58,655 nt of DNA, taken from Macrostomum lignano. Its lineage: Eukaryota. The translations under genes were made by a program, and so were the position numbers. Positions within the stretch are counted from its first letter, which is position 1. Every line of letters begins with the position of its first letter. The stretch is taken from NCBI GenBank assembly GCA_002269645.1, contig NIVC01004132.1:1-58655 (forward strand). The letters run 5' to 3'. Below, piece by piece: positions 34,631 to 46,741 of the stretch. The notes below the pieces were generated by a model. The model had not been told where the DNA came from. It ran no database searches and saw nothing but the letters and a program-made list of their open reading frames with translations.

Positions 34631-37420
34631 CTAGTTAGTTAGTTAGTTAGTTAGTTAGCTAGTTAGTTAACTAGCTAGTTAGTCAGGCAGAACAAAATGT
34701 CAGAAAATCGCAAGTCAGACTTGTCACGCAGTCTACAGTCTTCAAGCAGAGAACTGGGCGACATGGAAGGCGGATCAAAGAACAAAAGCCATAAAAGTCA
34801 AGCCTGCAACTGGGCCAGTCTCCTTAATGCACTGACCACTCTGTATCTTTGCATGAGGCAGAAACATCTTCAGTATAAATAAGATGATAGGCAATAGTCT
34901 CTTTAGAGTTTTCAATATATATGTAAGGATTGAAAGCTTGTAATAAATGTACAACCAAAAGCCATCTTGGGTTTATTAGATAGATAAGCTACATGTAAAT
35001 AGTCACCTGCACTTCTAGTAAGTAATTAAATGAAAATAGAAGCGGGCAATCAGAATGGCGCTGGGAAAAAAGGCATTTGAAATCATCACTCAATTCAAAT
35101 ATTAAAAATTTCATCAGGAATGGCACGACGAACGGTTGCACTGGAGTCCGGAGAATTACAGCGGCCTTGCAGTGCTGAGAGTTCCCTGTCAGAAACTCTG
35201 GCTGCCAGATATTGTGCTGTATAACAGGTAAACTGGAGTGAGAACACATAAACCTTGGAGTGAAAACGGGTAAACTAGAGTAAGAACAGGTAAACTGGAG
35301 TGAGAACAGGTAAACTGGAGTGAGAACAGGTAAACTGGAGTGAGAACAGGTAAACTGGAGTGAGAACAGGTAAACTGGAGTGAGAACAGGTAAACTGGAG
35401 TGAGAACTGGTAAACTAGAGTAAGAACAGGTAAACTGGAGTGAGAAAAGATAACAGGTAAACCAGGAGTGAGAACAGGTAAACCAGGAGTGAGAACAGGT
35501 AAACCAGGAGTGAGAACAGGTAAACCAGGAGTGAGAACAGGTAAACTGGAGTGGGAACAGGTAAACTGGAGTGGGAACAGGTAAACTGGAGTGAGAACAG
35601 GTAAACTGGAGTGAGAACAGATAACAGGTAAACCAGGAGTGAGAACAGGTAAACCAGGAGTGAGAACAGGTAAACTGGAGTGGGAACAGGTAAACTGGAG
35701 TGGGAACAGGTAAACTGGAGTGAGAACAGGTTTAAACTGGAGTGAGAACAGGTAAACTGGAGTGAGAACAGGTAAACTGGAGTGGGAACAGGTAAACTGG
35801 AGTGGGAACAGGTAAACTGGAGTGGGAACAGGTAAACTGGAGTGAGAACAGGTAAACTGGACTAAACTGCAGTAAAAATACTATCTGACTAAACATCCAT
35901 TTGAACGGAAGAATTCACCTTGCCCTTCATCTCTGCTGCCTGACTATCCTGCCCCCCCCGCACGCAAAACGTTGACATGATTGACAGGTTTCAAGTAGCC
36001 ACCATATGCCTGAAAAACTATATGAGATAAACAGGGGCAGTGATGTACGCGGAAGGGAGGAGGACCGTTGCCCCTCCTCTACCCCAATCAACCCACAGAC
36101 ATTGCACTCGTCTAAAAATTAAATCAACGTGGGTAACCCAGCTACTCGAATGAAATGAGCTCAATTTTGCCGCCTCTTGGACATTGGCATCCACCGAGAG
36201 ACAGGGGCGCCCACCAAGAGACAGGGGGCCAACGAAGAGACAGGGCCGCCCACCAAGAGACAGGGCCGCCCACCAAGAGACAGGGCCGCCCACCAAGAGA
36301 CAGGGCCGCCCACCAAGAGACAGGGCCGCCCACCAAGAGACAGGGCCGCCCACCAAGAGACAGGGCCGCCCACCAAGAGACAGGGGTGCCCACAAAGAGA
36401 CGGGGAAGCTGTCGTGTCACATTCCCTTGCATTGGGGTCTAACCACGGAGGAAAGAATAGAATGGAGTGCTAATCTGAGCCAGTTATTTTTATCTCGCTC
36501 GATTTTCGCTTTTAACATCCCTTTCCCCCCGTTCTTTCCTATCGGCTGAAAGCATATTTTAATGCGAGCTCGAACTATGCTGGGACAGACCTTTTAGAGG
36601 GAACGAAAGCGAAAGCGAGACGAAAAATACTTTGTCTATGGCAGTCACGAGCCAATAGGAAAGAACGGGGGGAAGGGATGTTAAAAGCGAAAATCGAGCG
36701 AGATAAAAATAACTTGCTCAGATTAGCACTCCATTCTATTCTTTCCTCCATGGGTCTAACTTACGAGCGTATTCTAAAAATAGATTACCAATATTTCCAT
36801 CACTGTTTCATGCAAAATTTCAAAAAAAGTTGAGGTAAAATATGAATGTAATAAATTTATTGTCGATTTTGGGAATATCTAAGTTCGATATAGGCAGAGC
36901 ATCGGTTACGCGGGAAAAACACGATGCAGATAAGATAAGAGAATTCCCATAGTTAGACCTCGATTGCTTAGGTGCAGATTCTGTCAGATTATATCTGTTT
37001 AAAGAGAAGCGGTGCCGGGGTCAGCTGCAGGCCAAGCTGAAGCAGTGAAGGCCTGGGCGGAATTCGATACGCAGTGGCGTGCAGCAAAGATTTTGCGCCT
37101 CATAAAGTCAAGTGCCAACTTTGTGTTTCCTATAAGGGTGAAAATCTATTCAAGATTGATTGAGGGCCGGTAGAGCCACGTGACGGTACGGATAGGGAGA
37201 CAAAATGAACTGGTTGTTAAGGTCACGATGAAAAAGTTAAATGACAGAAAGTGACATTAAGAGTAAGGTCAGAGGAGCAGACAGACAGACAGACAGGCAG
37301 ACACTAAGACAGATAGACCGACACACAGACAGACAGACAGACAGACAGACGGACGGACAGACAGACAGACAGACAGACACTAAGACAGACAGACAGACAG
37401 ACAGACGGACAGACAGACAG

Positions 37421-37454
<34 letters not shown>

Positions 37455-37580
37455 GGACCGACAAACAGACAGACAGACACGCAGACGGACAGACAGACAG
37501 ATAGATACACAAACAGACAGACAGACAGGAAGACAGACAGACAGTCAGATAGATACACAGACAGACAGATATACAGACAG

Positions 37581-37627
<47 letters not shown>

Positions 37628-37638
37628 GGCAGACAGGC

Positions 37639-37679
<41 letters not shown>

Positions 37680-38850
37680 GGCAGACAGACGGACAGACAG
37701 AAAACAGAGAAAAGAGAGAAGGCAGAAAAGAGCAGAGAAGCGACACAAGCCTAGAGCGTGAGGGATCGCTACTTTGAAATATTCAAGAAGTTGAGAGCCA
37801 GAGTTTGCGAACCCCTGCTCTAATGCCAAACTGCACTTTATAAAACTGGATCTTCCGGATCCCCCATCCTGCAGCGCAGACGACTTCACCACGGGCTACA
37901 TGCAGAGCAAGGCGATGGTGGACTGCAACGGCACAGTGTTTTGGCCGCCCCCGGCAAAGCTACGATCGACCTGCAAAATCGATATCACGTATTTTCCGTT
38001 TGACGATCAGGTGTGCACAATGAAATTTGGCTCCTGGACCTACGATGGCTTTCAAGTGAATATAACTAAAAAGTGAGTTGAGCTTCTAGTTTCGAGCTCA
38101 TGGGTTTTCAAGTTTTTGAATCTTCTAACTTGTGAATCTTCGAACTTGTGAATCTTCGAACTTGTGAATCTTCGAACTTGTGAATCGACGAACTTGTGAA
38201 TCTTCGAACTTGTGAATCTTCGAACTTGTGAATCTTCTAACTTGTGAATCTTCGAACTTGTGAATCTTCGAACTTGTGAATCTTCGAACTTGTGAATCTT
38301 CGAACTTGTGAATCTTCGAACTTGTGAATCTTCGAACTTGTGAATCTTCGAGCTTGTGAAGCTTCGAACCTGTGAAGGCTCGAACTTGTGAAGCTTCGAG
38401 CTTGTGAAGCTTCGAACCTGTGAAGGCTCGAACTTGTGAAGCTTCGAGCTTGTGAAGCTTCGAACCTGTGAAGGCTCGAACTTGTGAAGCTATAGCCCTT
38501 CACGCATTTCGTCGAATCTCATGCAATATCTGGTTGGAATTTTGACGTTTAATTTTTAATTTATTGTTTTCAAACACCACGCAGACGAGAGGAGGTCGAT
38601 TTCGAGAACTACGTTCAGAGCGGCGAGTGGAATCTCATACGGGTTGACGTTGAAAGACAAGAGGTCAGCAGTTGCTTACAGTTTCAAAACCAACTAACAT
38701 GCACGTCAAGTATCATTTTTAACTTTTTAGCAGCCAACTGAAAAAAGTTCTTAACTTTGCCTACCAAAGACACAAAGGCAGACAACAAAGACAGACAAAC
38801 AAACAGACAGACAGACGACAGACAGACGACAGACAGACAGATACTAAGAC

Positions 38851-38914
<64 letters not shown>

Positions 38915-38982
38915 CGACAGGCAGGCAGGCAGGCAGGCAGACAGACAGGCAGGCAGGCAGGCAGACAGACAGGCAGACAGGC

Positions 38983-39019
<37 letters not shown>

Positions 39020-39093
39020 GGCAGACAGACAGGCAGGCAGGCAGGCAGGCAGGCAGACAGACAGGCAGGCAGGCAGGCAGACAGACAGACGGG

Positions 39094-39124
<31 letters not shown>

Positions 39125-41127
39125 ACAGACAGGCAGACAGACAGGCAGGCAGGCAGGCAGGCAGGCAGACAGACAGGCAGGCAGACAGACAGGCAGACAG
39201 GCAGGCAGGCAGACAGGCAGGCAGACAGACAGACAGGCAGACAGGCAGGCAGGCAGGCAGACAGACAGGCAGGCAGGCAGGCAGACAGACAGACAGGCAG
39301 GCAGGCAGGCAGGCAGGCAGCAAGACAGGCAGGCAGGCAGGCAGGCAGACAGACAGGCAGGCAGGCAGACAGACAGACAGGCAGGCAGGCAGGCAGACAG
39401 ACAGGCAGGCAGGCAGACAGACAGGCAAACAGGCAGGCAGACAGACAGGCAGACAGGCAGGCAGGCAGGCAGGCAGACAGTCAGACAGGCAGGCAGGCAG
39501 GCAGACAGGCAGACAGACAGGCAGGCAGACAGACAGGCAGGCAGACAGACAGGCAGACAGGCAGGCAGGCAGGCAGGCAGGCAGACAGACAGTCAGACAC
39601 AGAAAGTTCAAACCTGTACAATCAATTCAAATCCCGCAGACAGTCTATCCAATCAGCACAGTGCCATATCCGGACATCAAATTTCATATCGTTATTCAAC
39701 GCAGAACGCTCTACTATCTGTTTAATATCATATTTCCATGCCTGTGGCTAACTGTGCTCAGCTTGCTCAGCTTCTGGTTGCCGCCAGATTCTGGGGAGAA
39801 AATTACATTGGGCATCACTGTGCTGCTAGCCTTCTCAGTGTTCATGCTGCTTATTGCCGAGAATATGCCTGCGACTAGCGAGTTCGTGCCTCTCATTGGT
39901 AAGTGGCAAGGATCGCTGTGGGGGTAGGGGTGATCTGGAGGAGGGGTGCTGTGGGGGAAGGGTGCGTTGGGGGAATGCTGTGGGAGGAATGGGTGCTGTG
40001 GTGGGAAGGGGTGCTGTGGGGGGAAGGGGTGCTGTGGGGGGAAGTGGTGCTGTGGGGGGAAGGGGTGCTGTGGGGGGAAGGGTGCTTTGGGGGGGGATGC
40101 TGTGGGGGGAAGGGGTGCTGTGGGGGAAGGGGTGTTGTGGGGGAGGGGTGCTTTTGGGGGAAGGGGTGCTGTGGGGGAAGGGGTGCAGTTGTGGGGGGAA
40201 GGGGTGTTGTGGGGGCAAGGGTGCTGCGGGGGGAAGGGGTGCTGTGGGGGAAGGGGTGCTGTGGGGGAAGGGGTGTTGTGGGGGCAAGGGTGCTGTGGGG
40301 GGAATGGGTGCTGTGGGGCAAGGGTGCTGTGGGGGAAGGGGTGCTGTGGGGGAAGGGGTGCTGTGGGGGGGGTGCAAGGGTGCTGTGGGGGAAGGGGTGG
40401 TGTAAGGGGGAAGGGGTGCTGTGGGGGATCGGGTGCTCTAGGGAAAAAAGGGGTGCCGTTAGGGGGGGGGGAGGGGTGCACATGTGATTAACAGACGTGT
40501 TAACACTTTCTGCGAGCTTTTTGATATAGCAGATATGTACCTCATGCTACTTTACAATTGTACGGCACTAATGATAGCTCCTCTGTACGCATTGCAGGAA
40601 TCTACCTAACCGTCACAATGTCCACCACATCGCTGTCTATAGTCCTGACCGTGTTCGTGCTCCACCTGCACCACATCGGCCCGAATGACAAGCCGGTGCC
40701 TCGCTGGCTGCGCCGGTTTCTATTCAAGCGCCTGGCGCCACTGCTCTGCATGACCTCAGTGGCGCGCTATCAGCGCAAGGCGCGTCGCAAGCGTCGAGAG
40801 TTGCGCCAACTCGACGATTCAGATCAGCCTGCAGTTGATGACATCACTGACGAGGCGGAAGACGAGTTAGAGACAGCGACGTGCACCACCACAGCGTCGA
40901 CATTCAGGCAGCAGCATCAATTTCGACAGTCCATCCGTTTGGATCGGCATATCCGGCGACTGATGCGACAGCAACTCGACGATGAAGCGGCCCAGCTGTT
41001 GATCAGCGACTGGCGCACAGTCGCCTACGTCATGGACCGGCTGCTATTCTGGCTGTTCTTAACTGCCGCGTTCACGTCAACTCTGATCATACTGGTTGTC
41101 ATGCCGCTGTTTAAGAAAGTTCTTTGA
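31505..41127 (+). CDS. Nicotinic acetylcholine receptor subunit, non-alpha type, 475 aa; exons 31505-31711, 33630-33674, 35118-35227, 37875-38072, 38585-38663, 39640-39898, 40598-41127
   Basis: Signal peptide, [20 protein letters not shown], Cys-loop [23 protein letters not shown]1-M3 with [18 protein letters not shown]4 MDRLLFWLF; exons sum to 1428 nt in frame. Confidence 0.96.
31880..33140. repeat. 20-bp minisatellite (GTGACAGGGAACACAGTGGA), nAChR intron 1
   Basis: About 60 units. Confidence 0.95.
33716..34684. repeat. (TTAG)n microsatellite, nAChR intron 2
   Basis: About 970 bp with CTAG variants. Confidence 0.97.
35222..35862. repeat. 20-bp minisatellite (AACAGGTAAACTGGAGTGAG) starting at the exon 3 splice donor
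   Basis: About 30 units; first unit spans the exon-intron junction. Confidence 0.95.
36195..36400. repeat. 20-bp minisatellite (AGAGACAGGGCCGCCCACCA)
   Basis: About 10 units. Confidence 0.9.
36444..36752. mobile_element. 309-bp long-TIR MITE, CA...TG termini, 8-bp TSD
   Basis: About 110-bp inverted arms starting CACGGAGGAAAGAATAGAATGGAGTGC; TSD GGTCTAAC at 36436-36443 and 36753-36760. Confidence 0.92.
37277..37700. repeat. (GACA)n microsatellite, nAChR intron 3
   Basis: Read directly. Confidence 0.95.
38120..38490. repeat. 16-bp minisatellite (CGAACTTGTGAATCTT), nAChR intron 4
   Basis: About 23 units with a variant block at the 3' end. Confidence 0.92.
38790..39600. repeat. Mixed (GACA)/(GGCA)n microsatellite, nAChR intron 5
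   Basis: Read directly. Confidence 0.95.
39930..40430. repeat. G-rich ~17-18-bp minisatellite (GGGTGCTGTGGGGGGAA), nAChR intron 6
   Basis: About 28 units with long G runs. Confidence 0.92.
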
Positions 41128-41171
41128 CAACACCATGGCAGGCGCGCTGAAGCACTATCGCTTTTTACGAT

Positions 41172-41537
41172 CTAAAATGGGAAAAAAGCCATTAAAAACG
41201 GGAATTCGCCCAATTTAATGTACTTTAAATTAAATCTCAGGGCCACTGGAATATTTAAAAGAGAACAAAGGGCCCGGAAACAAAACAAAAGTAACTCAGA
41301 ACTTCTTGAGCGTAGATTTTCATCGAATTTCTCAACCAAGAATTCTCTTATTTTCTGATCGGCCTTGCACAATTCTTCTTTCTGACCACCGCGAGGAAGG
41401 GATTCCACTCTGCCATCGAGTCGAAAGTTGGCAAAGATTTGGAATGCGGTTGTTTTCTTGATTTGCAGGATTCTTGCAGCTCCTGCTATGGATGACCCTT
41501 GTTGAATTGCATCAATCACCCGCTTGCTTTTTCCCAT
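41172..41537 (-). pseudogene. N-terminal HTH fragment of a Tc1/IS630-like transposase
   Basis: G.SIAGAARILQIKKTTAFQIF..F...GRVESLPRGG resembles the paired-like HTH of Tc1/IS630; no DDE domain follows. Confidence 0.55.
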
Positions 41538-42321
41538 ATTGAATGTCCAAAGTTATAGTCTATGGCCAAGCCTCCCTCAGTGGGCTTTGCTAAACTGCTT
41601 AAGTCCATGACTGGGATGTGATCTTCGGCTTGAATGTCTATGGCGTCCCGTTTTAATTGTTCAAAATAATAAAAAAGTTAATATAATAATTACTTCGGGT
41701 GTGTCATAAGTAATGTCACTGCAGGCTTCTGTCTAAAACCTTTATGTACATAACACTGGCCTGTTCACACGCGCTCCTTCGAATAAACTTTTTCTTGACC
41801 ACATCATGGAGCTGAGATCCGCAGCTTTCATTTGAATCAAGTTACAATTGAAACGGACTGAAATTATGTCCGCTAGAAGACATCGTAGCAAGGGTTCCGG
41901 AACTTTTGACAGACAGTATATATCCAGTTCCGCTGGAAGACTGGCATGTGACATGTACAACCCACCAACTTTGTTGTCGTGGGCCAGAGGCTGATAATTC
42001 CGGTTGTCCAATTATCGGTGACTCATCCTGTCTGGAGTCCAGATCTGACTTGTGTATGATGTGCTTAGGAGTCAGCGCTGCTTGTGGGACGATGTCATTT
42101 ATTTAACTACTTATTAGTAGTGCATCGTAAGTAGTATACGTGTAGGTCAAGAAATGCATATTTTTTCTATTTTTCTAATAACTGTGGTAATCAGTAAAAA
42201 TGGAAAAAAAATAATAATAGAGGCAGTTTCTTATAATTAATGAAGCTGTTACTTTTAGAAAAACTACGAGAAGTATGCGATATAGCGGCATTGTTGCAGT
42301 AAATAAATTGAGTCATATTCT

Positions 42322-43775
42322 TTACAAACCATCCAATTTATAGACTGCACAGTCAGTAAAATCAGTCAGTAAAGTCTCAGAGTTGAGCTGTTGAAACACG
42401 TCGCTCAGTTCCTTAGTCAGTAACTGGTGCAGTTTGGAACCATCGTGAGAGTAAGTCCACTCGCCACTGTCCGCACTGTAATCAAATCGTTTCGGTCCTG
42501 AGGTTGGCGAAGACAGCCATATTTGCCGGTTCGGCGTCTGCTTGTTGATCACGTAGGTGCCGTGCTCACCGAGACTCAAAGTGAGCACGCCGCTTGCCAG
42601 CGTGACGTCATAGTCGCTTGAGTCAGCTGATTTTGATAGAAGATCGTCAACTTTATCGGCGATTCGTTCCAGCACTTCGTCTGTGACGTGTTCGAAATCT
42701 CCGAGGGACAGCTCGGCTGCGGGTCTGAGGGAAAAGATGGCAGGTTGTTCTGCAGTGGGTCTGAGGGCAGGCTGTTCTGCTGCGGGTCTGAGGGCAGGGC
42801 AGGGGGCAGGTTGTTCAGCTGCGGGTCTGAGGGCTGAGGACAGGTTTTTCTGCTGCGGGTCTGAGGGCTGAGGGCAGGTTGTTCTGCTGCGGGTCTGAGG
42901 GCTGAGGACAGTTTTTTCTGCTGCGGGTCTGAGAGCTGAGGGCAGGTTGTTCTGCTGCGGGTCTGAGGGCTAAGGGCAGGTTTTTCTGCTGCGGGTCTGA
43001 GGGCTGAGGGCAGGTTGTTCTGCTGCGGGTCTGAGGGCTGAGGACAGGTTGTTCTGCTGCGGGTTTGAGGGCAGGGATGGCAGGTTGTTCTGCAGTGGGT
43101 CTGAGGGCAGGGATGGCAGGTTGTTCTGCAGTGGGTCTGAGGGCAGGCTGTTCTGCAGTGGGTTTGAGGGCAGGCTGTTCTGCAGTGGGTCTGAGGGCAG
43201 GCTGTTCTGCAGTGGGGCTGAGGGCAGGGATGGCAGGTTGTTCTGCAGTGGGTCTGAGGGCAGGCTGTTCTGCAGTGGGTCTGAGGGCAGGCTGTTCTGC
43301 AGTGGGTCTGAGGGCAGGCTGTTCTGCTGCGGGTCTGAGGGCAGGCTGTTCTGCAGTGGGGCTGAGGGCAGGGATGGCAGGTTGTTCTGCAGTGGGTCTG
43401 AGGGCAGGCTGTTCTGCAGTGGGTCTGAGGGCAGGCTGTTCTGCAGTGGGGCTGAGGGCAGGGATGGCAGGTTGTTCTGCAGTGGGTCTGAGGGCAGGCT
43501 GTTCTGCAGTGGGTCTGAGGGCAGGCTGTTCTGCTGCTAGCAGCAAGATTAACTTACGATTTAGCGAAACCACCGGACTCAGTTGAGCTGGCCAACAATC
43601 GAATCGAACTCGGTACTACACCAATCGAATACCGAATAGGTGGGTTTAGCGCTTGAACGCAACAAGCATAGGGAATAGATTTGCTTCCAATCTGATTGAC
43701 AGCTGCTAATTGGCTGCAGGTGGTCAGAGCTCTGCGAGAGAGCAGATGACGGATGGGAGGCTGGAGGCGATGCAT
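42322..43775 (-). CDS. FXN: Frataxin, 206 aa; exons 43775-43558 and 42724-42322
   Basis: DVTLASGVLTLSL..GTYVINKQTPNRQIWLSSPTSGPKRFDY; Arg/Ser-rich non-acidic N-terminal presequence; phase-2 GT-AG intron joins in frame. Confidence 0.95.
42712..43535. repeat. 27/36-bp minisatellite filling the frataxin intron
   Basis: Unit CTGAGGGCAGGCTGTTCTGCAGTGGGT; overlaps the real 3' splice site. Confidence 0.93.
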
Positions 43776-43829
43776 GCAAAAATTTAATTTGGACCTCAAG
43801 TTTAGAAATATATATGAAGCGAGGACCGA

Positions 43830-44345
43830 CATGGAAATGGCGCTTTCATTCTGAGGACTGGCATGGAAATGGCGCTTTCATTCTGAGGACTGGCATGGAA
43901 ATGGCGCTTTCATTCTGAGGACTGGCATGGAAATGGCGCTTTCATTCTGAGGACTGGCATAGAAATGGCGCTTTCATTTTGAGGACTGGCATGGAAATGG
44001 CGCTTTCATCCTGAGGACTGGCATGGAAATGGCACTTTCATTCTGAGGACTGGCATGGAAATGGCGCTTTCATTCTGAGGACTGGCATGGAAATGGCGCT
44101 TTCATTCTGAGGACTGGCATGGAAATGGCGCTTTCATTCTGAGGACTGGCATGGAAATGGCGCTTTCATCCTGAGGACTGGCATGGAAATGGCGCTTTCA
44201 TCCTGAGGACTGGCATAAAAACTGGCGCTTTCATTCTGAGGACTGGCATGGAAATGGCGCTTTCATTCTGAGGACTGGCATAGAAATGGCGCTTTCATTT
44301 TGAGGACTGGCATGGAAATGGCGCTTTCATTTTGAGGACTGGCAT
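43830..44345. repeat. 32-bp minisatellite (ATGGAAATGGCGCTTTCATTCTGAGGACTGGC) upstream of frataxin
   Basis: About 16 units. Confidence 0.94.
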
Positions 44346-44751
44346 AGAACTTACTTCTAGATTTGATAAAAATTGATAAAATCTTATAAAATAAAGGTAC
44401 TAATTTCCTGAACTCTTGAAATAAAAAATGATAACCATTTTCTCGCATTTTTACAATGACAATTAGAATTACTGGTGGTACACAGGAATAAGACAGACAA
44501 AATCCACCTGATAGAGAAAGACGACACAAAGAAAGATATAAAATCGGCATTGGTATTGGTATTAATGAAAAAAACTATAAACTTTTTTGCTTACCGGCAA
44601 ACAATTAAAACAGCATACATTGTAAGTTTTTACGCAATTGACTAAATGATCACAGACTACTGAATATAAAACCATTAGAAAAGGCTTGCCAGGATTACAG
44701 ATAAAATCTTACAAAGGTTACAGTTGATTTATAGTCATACATACCTGTAAT

Positions 44752-45722
44752 AGGTGACACCCCTGTCTAACAGGTGACACTCCTCTCTAACAGGTGACAC
44801 CCCTGTCTAACAGGTGACACCCCTGTCTAACAGGTGACACCCCTGTCTAACAGGTGACACCCCTCTCTAACAGGTGACACCCCTCTCTAACAGGTGACAC
44901 CCCTGTCTAACTGGTGACACCCCTCTCTAACAGGTGACACCCCTCTCTAACAGGTGACACCCCTGTCTAACAGGTGACTCCCCTGTCTAACAGGTGACAC
45001 CCCTCTCTAACAGGTGACACCCCTCTCTAACAGGTGACACCCCTCTCTAACAGGTGACACCCCTGTCTAACAGGTGACACCCCTGTCTAACAGGTGACAC
45101 CCCTGTCTAACAGGTGACACCCCTGTCTAACAGGTGACACCCCTGTCTAACAGGTGACACCCCTGTCTAACAGGTGACACCCCTGTCTAACAGGTGACAC
45201 CCCTCTCTAACAGGTGACACCCCTGTCTAACAGGTGACACCCCTCTCTAACAGGTGACACCCCTGTCTAACAGGTGACACCCCTCTCTAACAGGTGACAC
45301 CCCTCTCTAACAGGTGACACCCCTCTCTAACAGGTGACACCCCTGTCTAACAGGTGACACCCCTGTCTAACAGGTGACACCCCTGTCTAACAGGTGACTC
45401 CCCTGTCTAACAGGTGACACCCCTCTCTAACAGGTGACACCCCTGTCTAACAGGTGACACCCCTCTCTAACAGGTGACACCCCTGTCTAACTGGTGACAC
45501 CCCTCTCTAACAGGTGACACCCCTGTCTAACAGGTGACACCCCTCTCTAACAGGTGACACCCCTGTCTAACAGGTGACACCCCTCTCTAACAGGTGACAC
45601 CCCTCTCTAACAGGTGACACCCCTCTCTAACAGGTGACACCCCTCTCTAACAGGCGACACCCCTGTCTAACAGGTGACACCCCTCTCTAACAGGTGACAC
45701 CCCTGTCTAACAGGCGACACCC
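44752..45722. repeat. 20-bp minisatellite (CAGGTGACACCCCT(G/C)TCTAA)
   Basis: About 48 units. Confidence 0.96.
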
Positions 45723-46099
45723 AAAAGCTGATAACTATTATTGATTTACAATAAGGTTAGAAAATTTTTTAGAACAACTAGATGCAATAAATCTATTGTG
45801 TATTAGAAAGTAGTTTTAACACAAATTACATATACTTTAAGTAGTAAAATATAAAATCTGCATAGAAAATCTTCGATAACACTCAAATAAAAAGTCATGC
45901 ACTAAATTAATAGGGTAAACTAACAATTTGCATGAAACAGCAAAGCAGAGCTTGCAGGACAAATACTAGAATATTTGAGGAAACATTCGTTGAATCGTTT
46001 TGTTTCTTACACTCGATTACTCGATTATTACTTGTACTAAAACGCCTGAAATCGATTTAAACGTAAATCTTTCTTAGAAACTGAATGAACTAAACACGC

Positions 46100-46670
46100 T
46101 TACACAGATAGTAAACACGCCCAGAACGATTTTAAACACACTTAGACAGACATTAAACACAACTTGAAAGATGTTAAACATACATAGATCAATGTTAAAC
46201 ACACTTAGACAGACACTAAACACATTCTAACAGGTACTAAACACAACTGGACAGATATTAAACATACTCAGACAGATAGTAAACACAAAGCGATGTTAAA
46301 AACAGACACTTCGATGTTTTAAACACACACAGACCGATTTCAACCACAAACAAACCAATTTTAAACACAGACAGACCAATTTTAAACACACTGACCAATT
46401 TTAAACACACACAGGACTGATTTTAAACACACATACTGATTTCAAACACAAATAGACCGATTTTAAACACAAATAGACCGATGTTTTAAACACACACAGA
46501 CTGATTTTAAACACACACAGACTGATTTTAAACACACACAGACTGATTTTAAACACACACAGACTGATTTCAAACACAAATAGACCGATTTTAAACACAA
46601 ACAGACTGATTTTAAACACAAATAGACAGATTGTAAACACAAATAAACCGATGCTAAACACAATTGTTTT
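46100..46670. repeat. Degenerate ~21-bp repeat (ACAGACTGATTTTAAACACAC)
   Basis: Read directly; most homogeneous at 46490-46620. Confidence 0.85.
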
Positions 46671-46741
46671 AACTGAAAGGAGCAAATAAAATATTTAAAA
46701 GTTTATTAAGAGTTCAGCCTTGGAGACTCAGGGAGGGAAGA

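Noticed and set aside
37237-40491. Several ORFs such as (QTDR)n, (CLPA)n and Pro/His- or Gly-rich repeats
   Set aside because: Products of (GACA)n, (GGCA)n and G-rich intronic repeats between well-supported exons.
41742-42106. Short ORFs between nAChR and frataxin
   Set aside because: Possibly a transposase remnant but no motif I can support.
42815-43586. 252-aa PTAEQPALR repeat protein
   Set aside because: Lies inside the frataxin intron defined by GT-AG and phase; ends in a stop out of frame with exon 2.
44752-45722. CRISPR-like regularity in this and other arrays
   Set aside because: Head-to-tail units with no unique spacers, no cas genes, eukaryotic context.
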